Positions 1 to 8,486 of a DNA stretch of 64,000 nt are shown one piece after another. The stretch lies in the sequence record OM718002.1. One strand, written 5' to 3'. Numbering within the stretch: position 1 is the stretch's first letter; each line of letters starts with the position of its first letter. The notes beneath the pieces were generated by a model, which had not been told where the DNA came from, made no database searches, and saw only the letters and a program-made list of their open reading frames with translations. The position numbers were made by a program, and so were the translations under genes.

Positions 1-69
1 CTTTCCATAGTCTTTAGAAGAAGATAAAGGATTACCATCGATCTCAATCAGAACGTCCTCTAGGGTCAT
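1..69 (-). CDS. 5' part of a gene running off the window edge (MTLEDVLIEIDGNPLSSKDYGK...; phiKZ gp143 position)
   Basis: ATG at 69-67 overlaps the end of the o-spanin gene and the frame is open to the window edge; read by hand. Confidence 0.55.
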   Translation of the reverse strand, partial: MTLEDVLIEIDGNPLSSSKDYGK

Positions 70-406
70 GACTATTCTCCAAATTACGTTGACGTTCGTT
101 CCATTCACGCAATTTGTCTACTTGGATATTACATAGTCCAAGTGCATCAGTTTGTAAAAGCCAATGTTCGGTCATAAGTAAGAAACGTGCTTCATTCTCA
201 TCAGTAACCCCAACAGCTTTATATCTATCTAATGCATTGATGATCTCATTAGCTGTAGGTGGGGCTTCTACATCACAAGGGAGAAGCAAACTACTTGGGA
301 TTGCAACTGGTATTTTCACGGGAGGCGGCACAGTAGTGCTCGTACATCCGTTTAGCAATAACATTAATAGACTTATTAATGCTATCTTTTTTTGTGTCAG
401 TTTCAT
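44..406 (-). CDS. Outer-membrane spanin (o-spanin, Rz1-like lipoprotein), 120 aa
   Basis: Start moved to MKLTQKK (ATG 406): basic N-terminus, hydrophobic stretch, lipobox LLNGC, Pro-rich linker (VPPPVKIP), second Cys pattern (LLLPC...LGLCN), overlap with an Rz-like gene. Confidence 0.75.
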   Translation of the reverse strand: MKLTQKKIALISLLMLLLNGCTSTTVPPPVKIPVAIPSSLLLPCDVEAPPTANEIINALDRYKAVGVTDENEARFLLMTEHWLLQTDALGLCNIQVDKLREWNERQRNLENSHDPRGRSD

Positions 407-797
407 GTTTAATCTCAGTAGTGGTACTTTCCCCATTAGTTGTTTTAGCTTTAACCTCAGGCCATACAGGGGGAGTATATCCACGACCTGATAAACTAAT
501 GTACTCATCAATCACCTCAGTGCGTGATTGCGCCTGCTCTTTTTGTATCTCTTTCTTTTTAGTAATTAGTTCAGCTTGAATTTTATCGGAGATACGGTCT
601 GATTCAATCCTAACCTTTTCTGCCGCTTCATAAGATTTAATTTTTCCAATTAAATCTGTAGAGCGAACAAGTTCCGTCTCATAACTATTTTTGTAATATA
701 TGATACCAATTAAGGCACCTATCAGAATAACTAATAGTAACCATATATGCAATGGCACACTACCAATTATTTTTCGTATACCTGCTAATAGGAACAT
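291..797 (-). CDS. Inner-membrane spanin (i-spanin, Rz-like)
   Basis: N-terminal TM (IWLLLVILIGALIGIIYY), coiled-coil-like K/E/Q region, two C-terminal Cys; overlaps the lipoprotein gene. Confidence 0.7.
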   Translation of the reverse strand: MFLLAGIRKIIGSVPLHIWLLLVILIGALIGIIYYKNSYETELVRSTDLIGKIKSYEAAEKVRIESDRISDKIQAELITKKKEIQKEQAQSRTEVIDEYISLSGRGYTPPVWPEVKAKTTNGESTTTEIKHETDTKKDSINKSINVIAKRMYEHYCAASRENTSCNPK

Positions 798-812
798 TGT
801 TGCCTCGAATTG

Positions 813-1376
813 TTAAACAATCCTAGTAAGGTAGTAGTAAGCTATCGCACAAGCATCCATAGAGTGATCATCTAGACTATCTATGTCGATGTTCCATGTG
901 ATATCAGTACGAGAGCGCATTGCTTCTTTAACATCGTCTTTAGTAGTACCCTTTACTTTTTTCATACCAGCATTGATCTTAACTGTGGTCGGATCAATCA
1001 TGTATAAAGGTATAAATCTATCATACTCGTATAATGCTCTATGTACATAGGTTACACATTCTACAAGTACAGCGAAGCTTTGGGCAAACTTACCAAGATA
1101 GTTAGATTCTACAATCACTGCATGTGGCTTTTCTGTATGCAGTATATTTAGTACCACATCACTCATTTGCTGCATTCTAGTGAATCTACTACCATGAACC
1201 TCGGAAATGGCAGCATATGCCGGATTTGTATCTTTAAGGTGGCAAGTAAATGCATTACGTACCACCTTATTACTTCCATCCAACTTATCTTCCAGAATAG
1301 CTATGCCGAGGTTTTGTGAACCAGGGTCTAATGCTAGTACCCGAAATGGCTCATCACTCGCTGGAAGCTTAAGCAT
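813..1376 (-). CDS. ruvC: RuvC-like Holliday junction resolvase (phiKZ gp140-like)
   Basis: RuvC motifs VLALDPGSQNLG, AVIVES, PTTVK, KDDVKEAM and DHSMDACAIA. Confidence 0.88.
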   Translation of the reverse strand: MLKLPASDEPFRVLALDPGSQNLGIAILEDKLDGSNKVVRNAFTCHLKDTNPAYAAISEVHGSRFTRMQQMSDVVLNILHTEKPHAVIVESNYLGKFAQSFAVLVECVTYVHRALYEYDRFIPLYMIDPTTVKINAGMKKVKGTTKDDVKEAMRSRTDITWNIDIDSLDDHSMDACAIAYYYLTRIV

Positions 1377-1378
1377 AT

Positions 1379-2305
<927 letters not shown>

Positions 2306-2342
2306 TTAGTACACTGTACTATTGAGTAAATTTGTAAGAGTT

Positions 2343-2360
2343 CCCCTCCATGTGGAGGGG
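2343..2360. terminator. Intrinsic terminator-like hairpin
   Basis: CCCCTCC-ATGT-GGAGGGG just after the 2371 stop; ATTTATG follows on the + strand. Confidence 0.7.
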
Positions 2361-2370
2361 ATTTATGCTG

Positions 2371-2859
2371 TTAAGCAAATTTTTCAGGAGCACCACGTAC
2401 CATTACACAGATCCATGATTGTCCATTATGGGAACGTTTTACTTCATGTAATTGGGATAGATGAAATACTAATCCTTCACCTTTTCCAATTAATAGTTCT
2501 TCGCCATCTAAAATGAACTTAGCATCAGGTCCAATATTCCAAGCAAGAATAGTACCGGACTCGGGTTTATCTACCCAATAATTCATCTCATCTAGAAATC
2601 CATCTATTTTGGGGAAATCTAAAAACCATACTTGTAATGCTTTGTTAAATAGTTCTTCGCCTAAAATTGGTTTAATTTCTTTACGCTGTTTAGCAGTCCA
2701 ATTAAACCATTTTGAAGTATTATAAACACTACATGCTTTAAGGCCATTAGTGCCAACTCGCATACGGTGGCCATATGAGTCTCTAAATGAAACTTCACCT
2801 TTAAGCTTTGTTAATGTTTTTAGTTCTGTCTTAGATAGAGTCTTAAGTTTAATTGCCAT
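2371..2859 (-). CDS. 2OG-Fe(II) oxygenase-fold protein with degenerate HxD motif (gp138-like)
   Basis: C-terminal DSBH-like pattern GEGLVFHLSQLHEVKRS; aligns by eye to the neighbouring oxygenase but lacks HxD. Confidence 0.5.
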   Translation of the reverse strand: MAIKLKTLSKTELKTLTKLKGEVSFRDSYGHRMRVGTNGLKACSVYNTSKWFNWTAKQRKEIKPILGEELFNKALQVWFLDFPKIDGFLDEMNYWVDKPESGTILAWNIGPDAKFILDGEELLIGKGEGLVFHLSQLHEVKRSHNGQSWICVMVRGAPEKFA

Positions 2860-2867
2860 GTTGTACC

Positions 2868-3428
2868 CTACTCGTAGAGATATATAAGGACGTATCTTTT
2901 ATTTTTAACTGGAGGGACCTCATGTGGCTCTGAACGGATTGGAAAAATAGTAGCCCTACCTGGTACATCCTGATAAAACTCACCATTGATCATTATACCA
3001 TCGCCATTGTCATTTAATGCAATAACCATGTTGTAACGATAAACAGCTTGGTCGATGTGCTCAGGCATACCTGTACCAATTTCATATCGATTGATTAGTA
3101 CTTCGCCTAACCAAGCACCTTCTACCTTAGGTGCAATATGAAATAGTAATTCCCGTAATTCTACTGGCATTTGGTTATGACCTAAAAACCAATAATCACA
3201 TTCAGTGATACCTTTGGTTGGGATACTATTAATTTTTTTCCGATTAAACCACCAGGAATCTTCCAGTGTATCCAGATAAGATACAAGGTCAGCTGCAAAT
3301 TCAGCTGAAAACACGTCCTTGGTCGATCTTTCGTGGGCCGATAAGCTCATGCAGGCCACCTGCATATCGATGTGCTTTCTCAGCGTCGAGATCTTCCCTG
3401 GATTTATAGATAACGTCTGGGCTCTCAA
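2868..3428 (-). CDS. 2OG-Fe(II) dioxygenase (gp137-like)
   Basis: NRYxxGxGMPEHID (HxD), distal PHEV (H) and RYVLIY (2OG-binding R); TTG start with AAGGAGG 6 nt upstream. Confidence 0.72.
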   Translation of the reverse strand: MRAQTLSINPGKISTLRKHIDMQVACMSLSAHERSTKDVFSAEFAADLVSYLDTLEDSWWFNRKKINSIPTKGITECDYWFLGHNQMPVELRELLFHIAPKVEGAWLGEVLINRYEIGTGMPEHIDQAVYRYNMVIALNDNGDGIMINGEFYQDVPGRATIFPIRSEPHEVPPVKNKRYVLIYLYE

Positions 3429-3903
3429 TTAGGGCCTCCTTATGCGCACGATTAGTTCGTTTAACAAGATCAATATAATCAAGCATTTCTTCTAGTTCAT
3501 CTAACTCTTGACCATATTTTTCAGCTAGCTTTTTAATTGCACGTGCAAGGATATTGATTTGCTCAGTCACTGGATAGCGTTCAGTAATTTTGTAAGCTAC
3601 TTTACTATTTAAGTGATCTTCAGTAATCACTTGTGGTGCTTCTTCTTTAGGAACAATCTTCCAATCAGAAAGTGTAGGTTGTTTACCAGGTGTATTACTT
3701 ACGACCACATCATAAGTACCCATTTCTGCTTCAACAAAAATAGTGTGCTCACGTGACTTAGCATCAAATGCATCTAAAGGTAGATAACCCACGCTTTGTA
3801 GGAATACCTCAGATGTACGGTTAAACATTAATAGTACTTTTACTTTATCTTCAGTAGGTGCAGTAGCTAAAGATAGTTCTTGGAGTGATAACGGATTGTT
3901 CAT
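3301..3903 (-). CDS. Tail-fibre-associated protein, possible assembly chaperone (gp136-like), about 200 aa
   Basis: Start moved to MNNPLS (ATG 3903, TAATG overlap with the upstream fibre gene); position directly after the fibre cluster. Confidence 0.5.
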   Translation of the reverse strand: MNNPLSLQELSLATAPTEDKVKVLLMFNRTSEVFLQSVGYLPLDAFDAKSREHTIFVEAEMGTYDVVVSNTPGKQPTLSDWKIVPKEEAPQVITEDHLNSKVAYKITERYPVTEQINILARAIKKLAEKYGQELDELEEMLDYIDLVKRTNRAHKEALIESPDVIYKSREDLDAEKAHRYAGGLHELIGPRKIDQGRVFS

Positions 3904-5294
3904 TATACAAGTGCTCCAGCTCGAATCATCCAACGCCATGTACCATTATTTCTAATTGCTACATATTGCTGGTAATAATAGGCTTCAAAGGGGGTATTGG
4001 TTCTAACACCTACAACAGCGTAAGTGCCTTCAGGATATTTGGTATTATCGGTAAACATCGTATTTAACGTGTTTAATGCTTCTGCTTCACTATTTACCTG
4101 GCCTAAGGTAATAGCTTTAATCTTATCTTTGTTCCACTCTTTAAAAGCTTCAACCCAGTCTTGCCAAGTACCATCGCTTGCGAGATAATATCTTTCAGGA
4201 TCATTTAATATTGATGCATTACCTTTACCTAATGCACCCCATTTAAATACACCGCTAGTTACCTCTTCAGCTGGAATATCTTTTCGAACATCATTCCAGA
4301 AATTCTGATATACCTTACCTGTTCCAGCAACTGGATAACCCTGACTATTGGTAGTAGCACCAATAGTAGTTGCATTAGCTGCTTGTTCATTGATACCTAA
4401 CAATGGAGATATTTTAGAATCCATTACTGGTTTGGTATATGATCCAACTTGGTCAGCTGTGACAACATGTGGGTTATTAAAGTTTTTAATATGTGATGCA
4501 AGTTTAGCCAATGTATCAATATTAAGAATACGATAAATACCACCAATTGGCATGTATTTATTATTTATATTTCTATTAACTGACTCAGCTTCAGTAGCAA
4601 AACCCCAGTTAGATATCTTATCAAGCGGTGGAATTAACTTGAACCGATCATCGGCATGTGGATTATTATAATCAGTTAAGTGTGCTGTAACCCGATCTCT
4701 ATAATCATCTACAGCAGTTTTTGCATCAGCAAGATAAACTTTATAATAATCATCAGCAGCATTATCCATAGCACTTCTACCGACCCGATAAGCATGTGCT
4801 ATTCGGTTTAATTCGGTTACCATTGTATCTGTGCCATAAATCTGCCAATATTCATGGCCATGAGGTGCAGGTGGATATGCATCGGGTTTACCAATAATAT
4901 CATCCCAGGTGAAACTTAATTCATCTAATTCAAGTTTATCAAAAACAGCTTTAAGTTCTAATGCTGAAATACTAAAGAAACCACCAACTGCTCTATATGT
5001 AACTTGGACATTAGGACTAACTTTAGGATCAGTTACTACAACAATACCCATTACTTCTAAACCAGTCATTTCAGATAACTGTGAATAAAGGTAGGTTGTT
5101 TTATATTGATCTTTGTTTAAAGATAAACCAGTCTTCTTATCACGTAGATTAAAGTCCTTTGTATAGAAACCACCATGTGTACACATCAGTACACGGTGTG
5201 TTTTATTAGCAACTTGAATGAGTGTGTGTTCCTCATCTACAATGTAATTAGAAGCCAATTTAGCTTTTAGATCTAATGGTAAAAAAGTAATCAT
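3903..5294 (-). CDS. Tail fibre paralog (gp135-like)
   Basis: Start moved to MITFLPLD (TAATG coupling); shared LPxD..G..N N-terminal domain and two HxxxxxNPH repeats. Confidence 0.75.
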   Translation of the reverse strand: MITFLPLDLKAKLASNYIVDEEHTLIQVANKTHRVLMCTHGGFYTKDFNLRDKKTGLSLNKDQYKTTYLYSQLSEMTGLEVMGIVVVTDPKVSPNVQVTYRAVGGFFSISALELKAVFDKLELDELSFTWDDIIGKPDAYPPAPHGHEYWQIYGTDTMVTELNRIAHAYRVGRSAMDNAADDYYKVYLADAKTAVDDYRDRVTAHLTDYNNPHADDRFKLIPPLDKISNWGFATEAESVNRNINNKYMPIGGIYRILNIDTLAKLASHIKNFNNPHVVTADQVGSYTKPVMDSKISPLLGINEQAANATTIGATTNSQGYPVAGTGKVYQNFWNDVRKDIPAEEVTSGVFKWGALGKGNASILNDPERYYLASDGTWQDWVEAFKEWNKDKIKAITLGQVNSEAEALNTLNTMFTDNTKYPEGTYAVVGVRTNTPFEAYYYQQYVAIRNNGTWRWMIRAGALV

Positions 5295-6667
5295 TATGCC
5301 GGTTCCCCTATATTGGTCCACGTTGATCCCACTTTACGTAAGAATAAAGTATTCCTATAGGAAGTAGCTGTTGTACCATTACCATGCCCAATAACGAACT
5401 CTTGCTCGTAATGGCAGATAGCTAGTGAACCAGGCCACCATTGGTCAGGATCTGAGAAGTATGTGTTATGGAAAGCAATTGCTTCTTGGATAGACTTGAA
5501 GTTAGTATTGTTCCAGTGAACCATCGTCCCTGTTTTCTGGAAGCGATTGAATATAAATCCAAAGTGTGTCCATTGGCCATTAGGCATTAATGTCCAATCA
5601 CGACCTGGCCAAGTCGCTGAGTTACCGATCCGGCCAGGTGCTAGCCGACCAGTCGTCAATACACTTAAAGGCATTTTAGCACGTACCGTTTCACCCATGC
5701 TATAAACATCTTGACCAAATAATAGTTTAGATGTATTAGCTGTTTTACCTTTATCTAATTTTTGATTTAGTAAAATATTAGCTTGGGTAACAGTATATGT
5801 ATTTAGTTGTTCAGCTGTTACCCTGTGTGGGTTAGTGGTAATATCGTTAACGTGGGCTAAATACTGTACTGTATAATTGGTATCAACAGATAACTTCATT
5901 GACCATGGCGTAGCATAGACATTCATGATAGCGCCATTTGGTTGTTTGGCTTGTGTTTCAGTTGCAATACCAGCGTTATAAACATTACCTAATGCCACCT
6001 GCCCTTTACGTGTTTGGTGTGGGTTGGTGGTGGTATCATTGATGTGTGTAGTAAGCCGTGCTTCAATTGTATTCAGATCAGCTTCTATTAGACTTAATTG
6101 ATATTTAAACTCATCTAAAATGGAGTCATATGAGTCAGATGAGCTTTTCTTTAATAAGTCAGTTATTTCTTTTAACTTAACAACTCTAGGTGTAAAACCA
6201 TAAAGTTCCCAATAGGCATGCATATGTCCATTAGGTTTGAATTGGTCAGGAATATCTAAGATATTAGACCAATGTGGTTTACGGGTATTATTTAAAAGAG
6301 CATTAGCATGTTCAGAAATGGAAGGCGCAAGGTTACAGTATATACCACCGCACATCTGAGCATCAATGTAAATATCCTCGTGGACATCTTGTTTTGTAAT
6401 GACAATTACTGAACAAGCTTCAAGTCCAGTCTTCTCGATTACCTCCGGATTAATACCAGTGCACTGATAATCCATCTCTGGATTTAACTCATTTTGCCTA
6501 CCATCTCTGATAACCATTCCTTTAGTATAAAAGTAACCCTTATCCATCACGATGATGCGATAGGGGAATCCTTTCTGTTTTGCTAGTGAATGGTATTCAC
6601 CCTTTGTTCGGTTACTATAACTCTCTCCAGTTTCATCAAATGGAAGAGGTAAAAGTAATGGATTCAT
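5294..6667 (-). CDS. Tail fibre paralog (gp134-like)
   Basis: Shared N-terminus (LPFDETG, GYFYTKG) and NPH repeats. Confidence 0.75.
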   Translation of the reverse strand: MNPLLLPLPFDETGESYSNRTKGEYHSLAKQKGFPYRIIVMDKGYFYTKGMVIRDGRQNELNPEMDYQCTGINPEVIEKTGLEACSVIVITKQDVHEDIYIDAQMCGGIYCNLAPSISEHANALLNNTRKPHWSNILDIPDQFKPNGHMHAYWELYGFTPRVVKLKEITDLLKKSSSDSYDSILDEFKYQLSLIEADLNTIEARLTTHINDTTTNPHQTRKGQVALGNVYNAGIATETQAKQPNGAIMNVYATPWSMKLSVDTNYTVQYLAHVNDITTNPHRVTAEQLNTYTVTQANILLNQKLDKGKTANTSKLLFGQDVYSMGETVRAKMPLSVLTTGRLAPGRIGNSATWPGRDWTLMPNGQWTHFGFIFNRFQKTGTMVHWNNTNFKSIQEAIAFHNTYFSDPDQWWPGSLAICHYEQEFVIGHGNGTTATSYRNTLFLRKVGSTWTNIGEPA

Positions 6668-6678
6668 CTAAACTATCC

Positions 6679-8067
6679 TTATGGAATTACCCAGCCACCT
6701 TGTGAACGGAAACACACGTAGTTAGGAGTATAATCAACGAAAATCAATCCGTTACCAGCTGCCTGGATTTTCTGTTCTTTAATAGTAAAGAATACAGTAG
6801 ATCCAATAGGCCATGTATCTAGATTAGTAAAGTTAGTTCTACAGAAATCTAATGCTGCCTGCACGGATGGTTGTAATCCTAGTGCATAAAACTTTAACTT
6901 AACCGGAAATGAATACTCTGTGGCTAATTGATCAAAATGTGTAAATATACCATTCCCACGGAGCGGTGCTTTCCATTGCCCCATTGTACCAGAACCAATC
7001 CGATTTATATTGATGACATTACTCTGGCCATCACCAGCTGTAAAGTTCACATCGGTATCAAAGTTCTTGCGCATCCACCAAATAAGATCGCTATAACCCA
7101 TTAAAGTAGCAGTAGGTTGCCCTTTAGGTTTATAATAAACCATATTGGTATTAGCCACCGTATCAGTCTTTAAATACTTACCAGTGACCCGTGTATCGAA
7201 ATCACTTTTCAAATATGACTGTACATGTGTATTTTTGACTTTATGTGGATTATCTCGACGAGCTATGTGAGCATTGAGTGGTTTTATAGCTATTTCATCT
7301 AATACACCATATGCTAATTGTGGTGTCAGATAATGCGCATTAGATTGACCTAGCTGAGCAATGGCTGGAGTAGCCAATGGGAAGTTATTAACTAAACCTA
7401 GTTCTACATTAGTTGGAGTGATCTTGTGCGGATTGGCTTTATCTTGAATATGTTTTTCTAGCCTATCATTAAATTTCTTTAAGAATTCATCATAGATCTC
7501 TTTAACTTTACTACGATATTTATCTTCACCATTTGTATCGCCAGCCATGAGTGCTTGTGTTATCCACTCCATCTCATTATTGTAAGGCTGATATGTATCA
7601 AGATGCCATCGTTCACCAACTAACTCACCATCTTTCCAGTATGGTTCATTACCAGTGTAGTCAAGGTCTTTTGGCTTTGGTTTACCATTTGTTTTCCACC
7701 AGTTAATATAATCATCAATAACTGTGAAACTAAAAGCTAGGTCACCACCAACCATGTGAGCTGAAGTATACACTATTGGTGTACTAGGTGTTTTTAAGAA
7801 AACAATTGCTGAGCATATTTCTTGACCAACATATGCACTAGCATCTTTATGATAATAAGTAACAATGTAATCGATATCTTTAACTAAACGATTATATTTA
7901 CCATCATAAACTTCTAACCCTTTTGTATAGAATCCACCATGATATAATTTGATGATTCTATAGTCGAACCCTTGATACTGAACTAGAGTATGTGGTTCAC
8001 TACCAATGAAACAATCTGGATTTGTACCTAATGGATCAAATGGTAATTGTAAAATAGGATTATACAT
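6679..8067 (-). CDS. Tail fibre paralog (gp133-like)
   Basis: LPFDPLGTNP and GGFYTKG N-terminus; two NPH repeats. Confidence 0.75.
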   Translation of the reverse strand: MYNPILQLPFDPLGTNPDCFIGSEPHTLVQYQGFDYRIIKLYHGGFYTKGLEVYDGKYNRLVKDIDYIVTYYHKDASAYVGQEICSAIVFLKTPSTPIVYTSAHMVGGDLAFSFTVIDDYINWWKTNGKPKPKDLDYTGNEPYWKDGELVGERWHLDTYQPYNNEMEWITQALMAGDTNGEDKYRSKVKEIYDEFLKKFNDRLEKHIQDKANPHKITPTNVELGLVNNFPLATPAIAQLGQSNAHYLTPQLAYGVLDEIAIKPLNAHIARRDNPHKVKNTHVQSYLKSDFDTRVTGKYLKTDTVANTNMVYYKPKGQPTATLMGYSDLIWWMRKNFDTDVNFTAGDGQSNVININRIGSGTMGQWKAPLRGNGIFTHFDQLATEYSFPVKLKFYALGLQPSVQAALDFCRTNFTNLDTWPIGSTVFFTIKEQKIQAAGNGLIFVDYTPNYVCFRSQGGWVIP

Positions 8068-8096
8068 AAGAAATACCTTTTAACTGAAACAGCAAA

Positions 8097-8125
8097 AAGA
8101 GACACAGCCAAAAGCTGTGTCTCTT
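8097..8125 (-). terminator. Intrinsic terminator
   Basis: 12-bp stem AAGAGACACAGC/GCTGTGTCTCTT with T-tract on the - strand. Confidence 0.8.
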
Positions 8126-8141
8126 ATGCCGGGTCAGATGT

Positions 8142-8474
8142 TTATAGACGGTCTGCTGCGTCATTAAATAATTTCGCAAGTGGACCGTATATGTGCACTC
8201 GATTATAATCATCTGTCCGTTTAGGAGTCATGTACGTAGTGTTATTGAAACCTTCTTGTGCACGCTTCTTAGTAGCTGGACGATAGTTAGCCACATTACC
8301 AAGACCAATATCTGATGGTTGCAGATTATGTGGGTTACCTCTAGCTGCAATGTGCCCATTGATCCTATTAATAACAGCTATGAATTTATTAAGGACTGCC
8401 TTAGTAAATAAGCCTTGATTACTAATAGAAGCATTTATTTGAGCATCCATCTCTTGACGTGTAACTTCTGCCAT
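8142..8474 (-). CDS. Short tail-fibre-family protein (gp132-like)
   Basis: One HIAARGNPH...IGLGNVANY repeat shared with the 771-aa protein. Confidence 0.7.
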   Translation of the reverse strand: MAEVTRQEMDAQINASISNQGLFTKAVLNKFIAVINRINGHIAARGNPHNLQPSDIGLGNVANYRPATKKRAQEGFNNTTYMTPKRTDDYNRVHIYGPLAKLFNDAADRL

Positions 8475-8486
8475 TTTTAAATCCTC

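Noticed and set aside
114-579. + strand ORFs over the spanin genes
   Set aside because: Antisense to well-supported genes; no RBS or recognisable motif.
693-700. Extra TATATTAC matches inside coding regions (693-700, 33156-33163)
   Set aside because: An 8-mer of this composition is expected by chance in AT-rich DNA; both lack the TTAA upstream flank of the intergenic copies.
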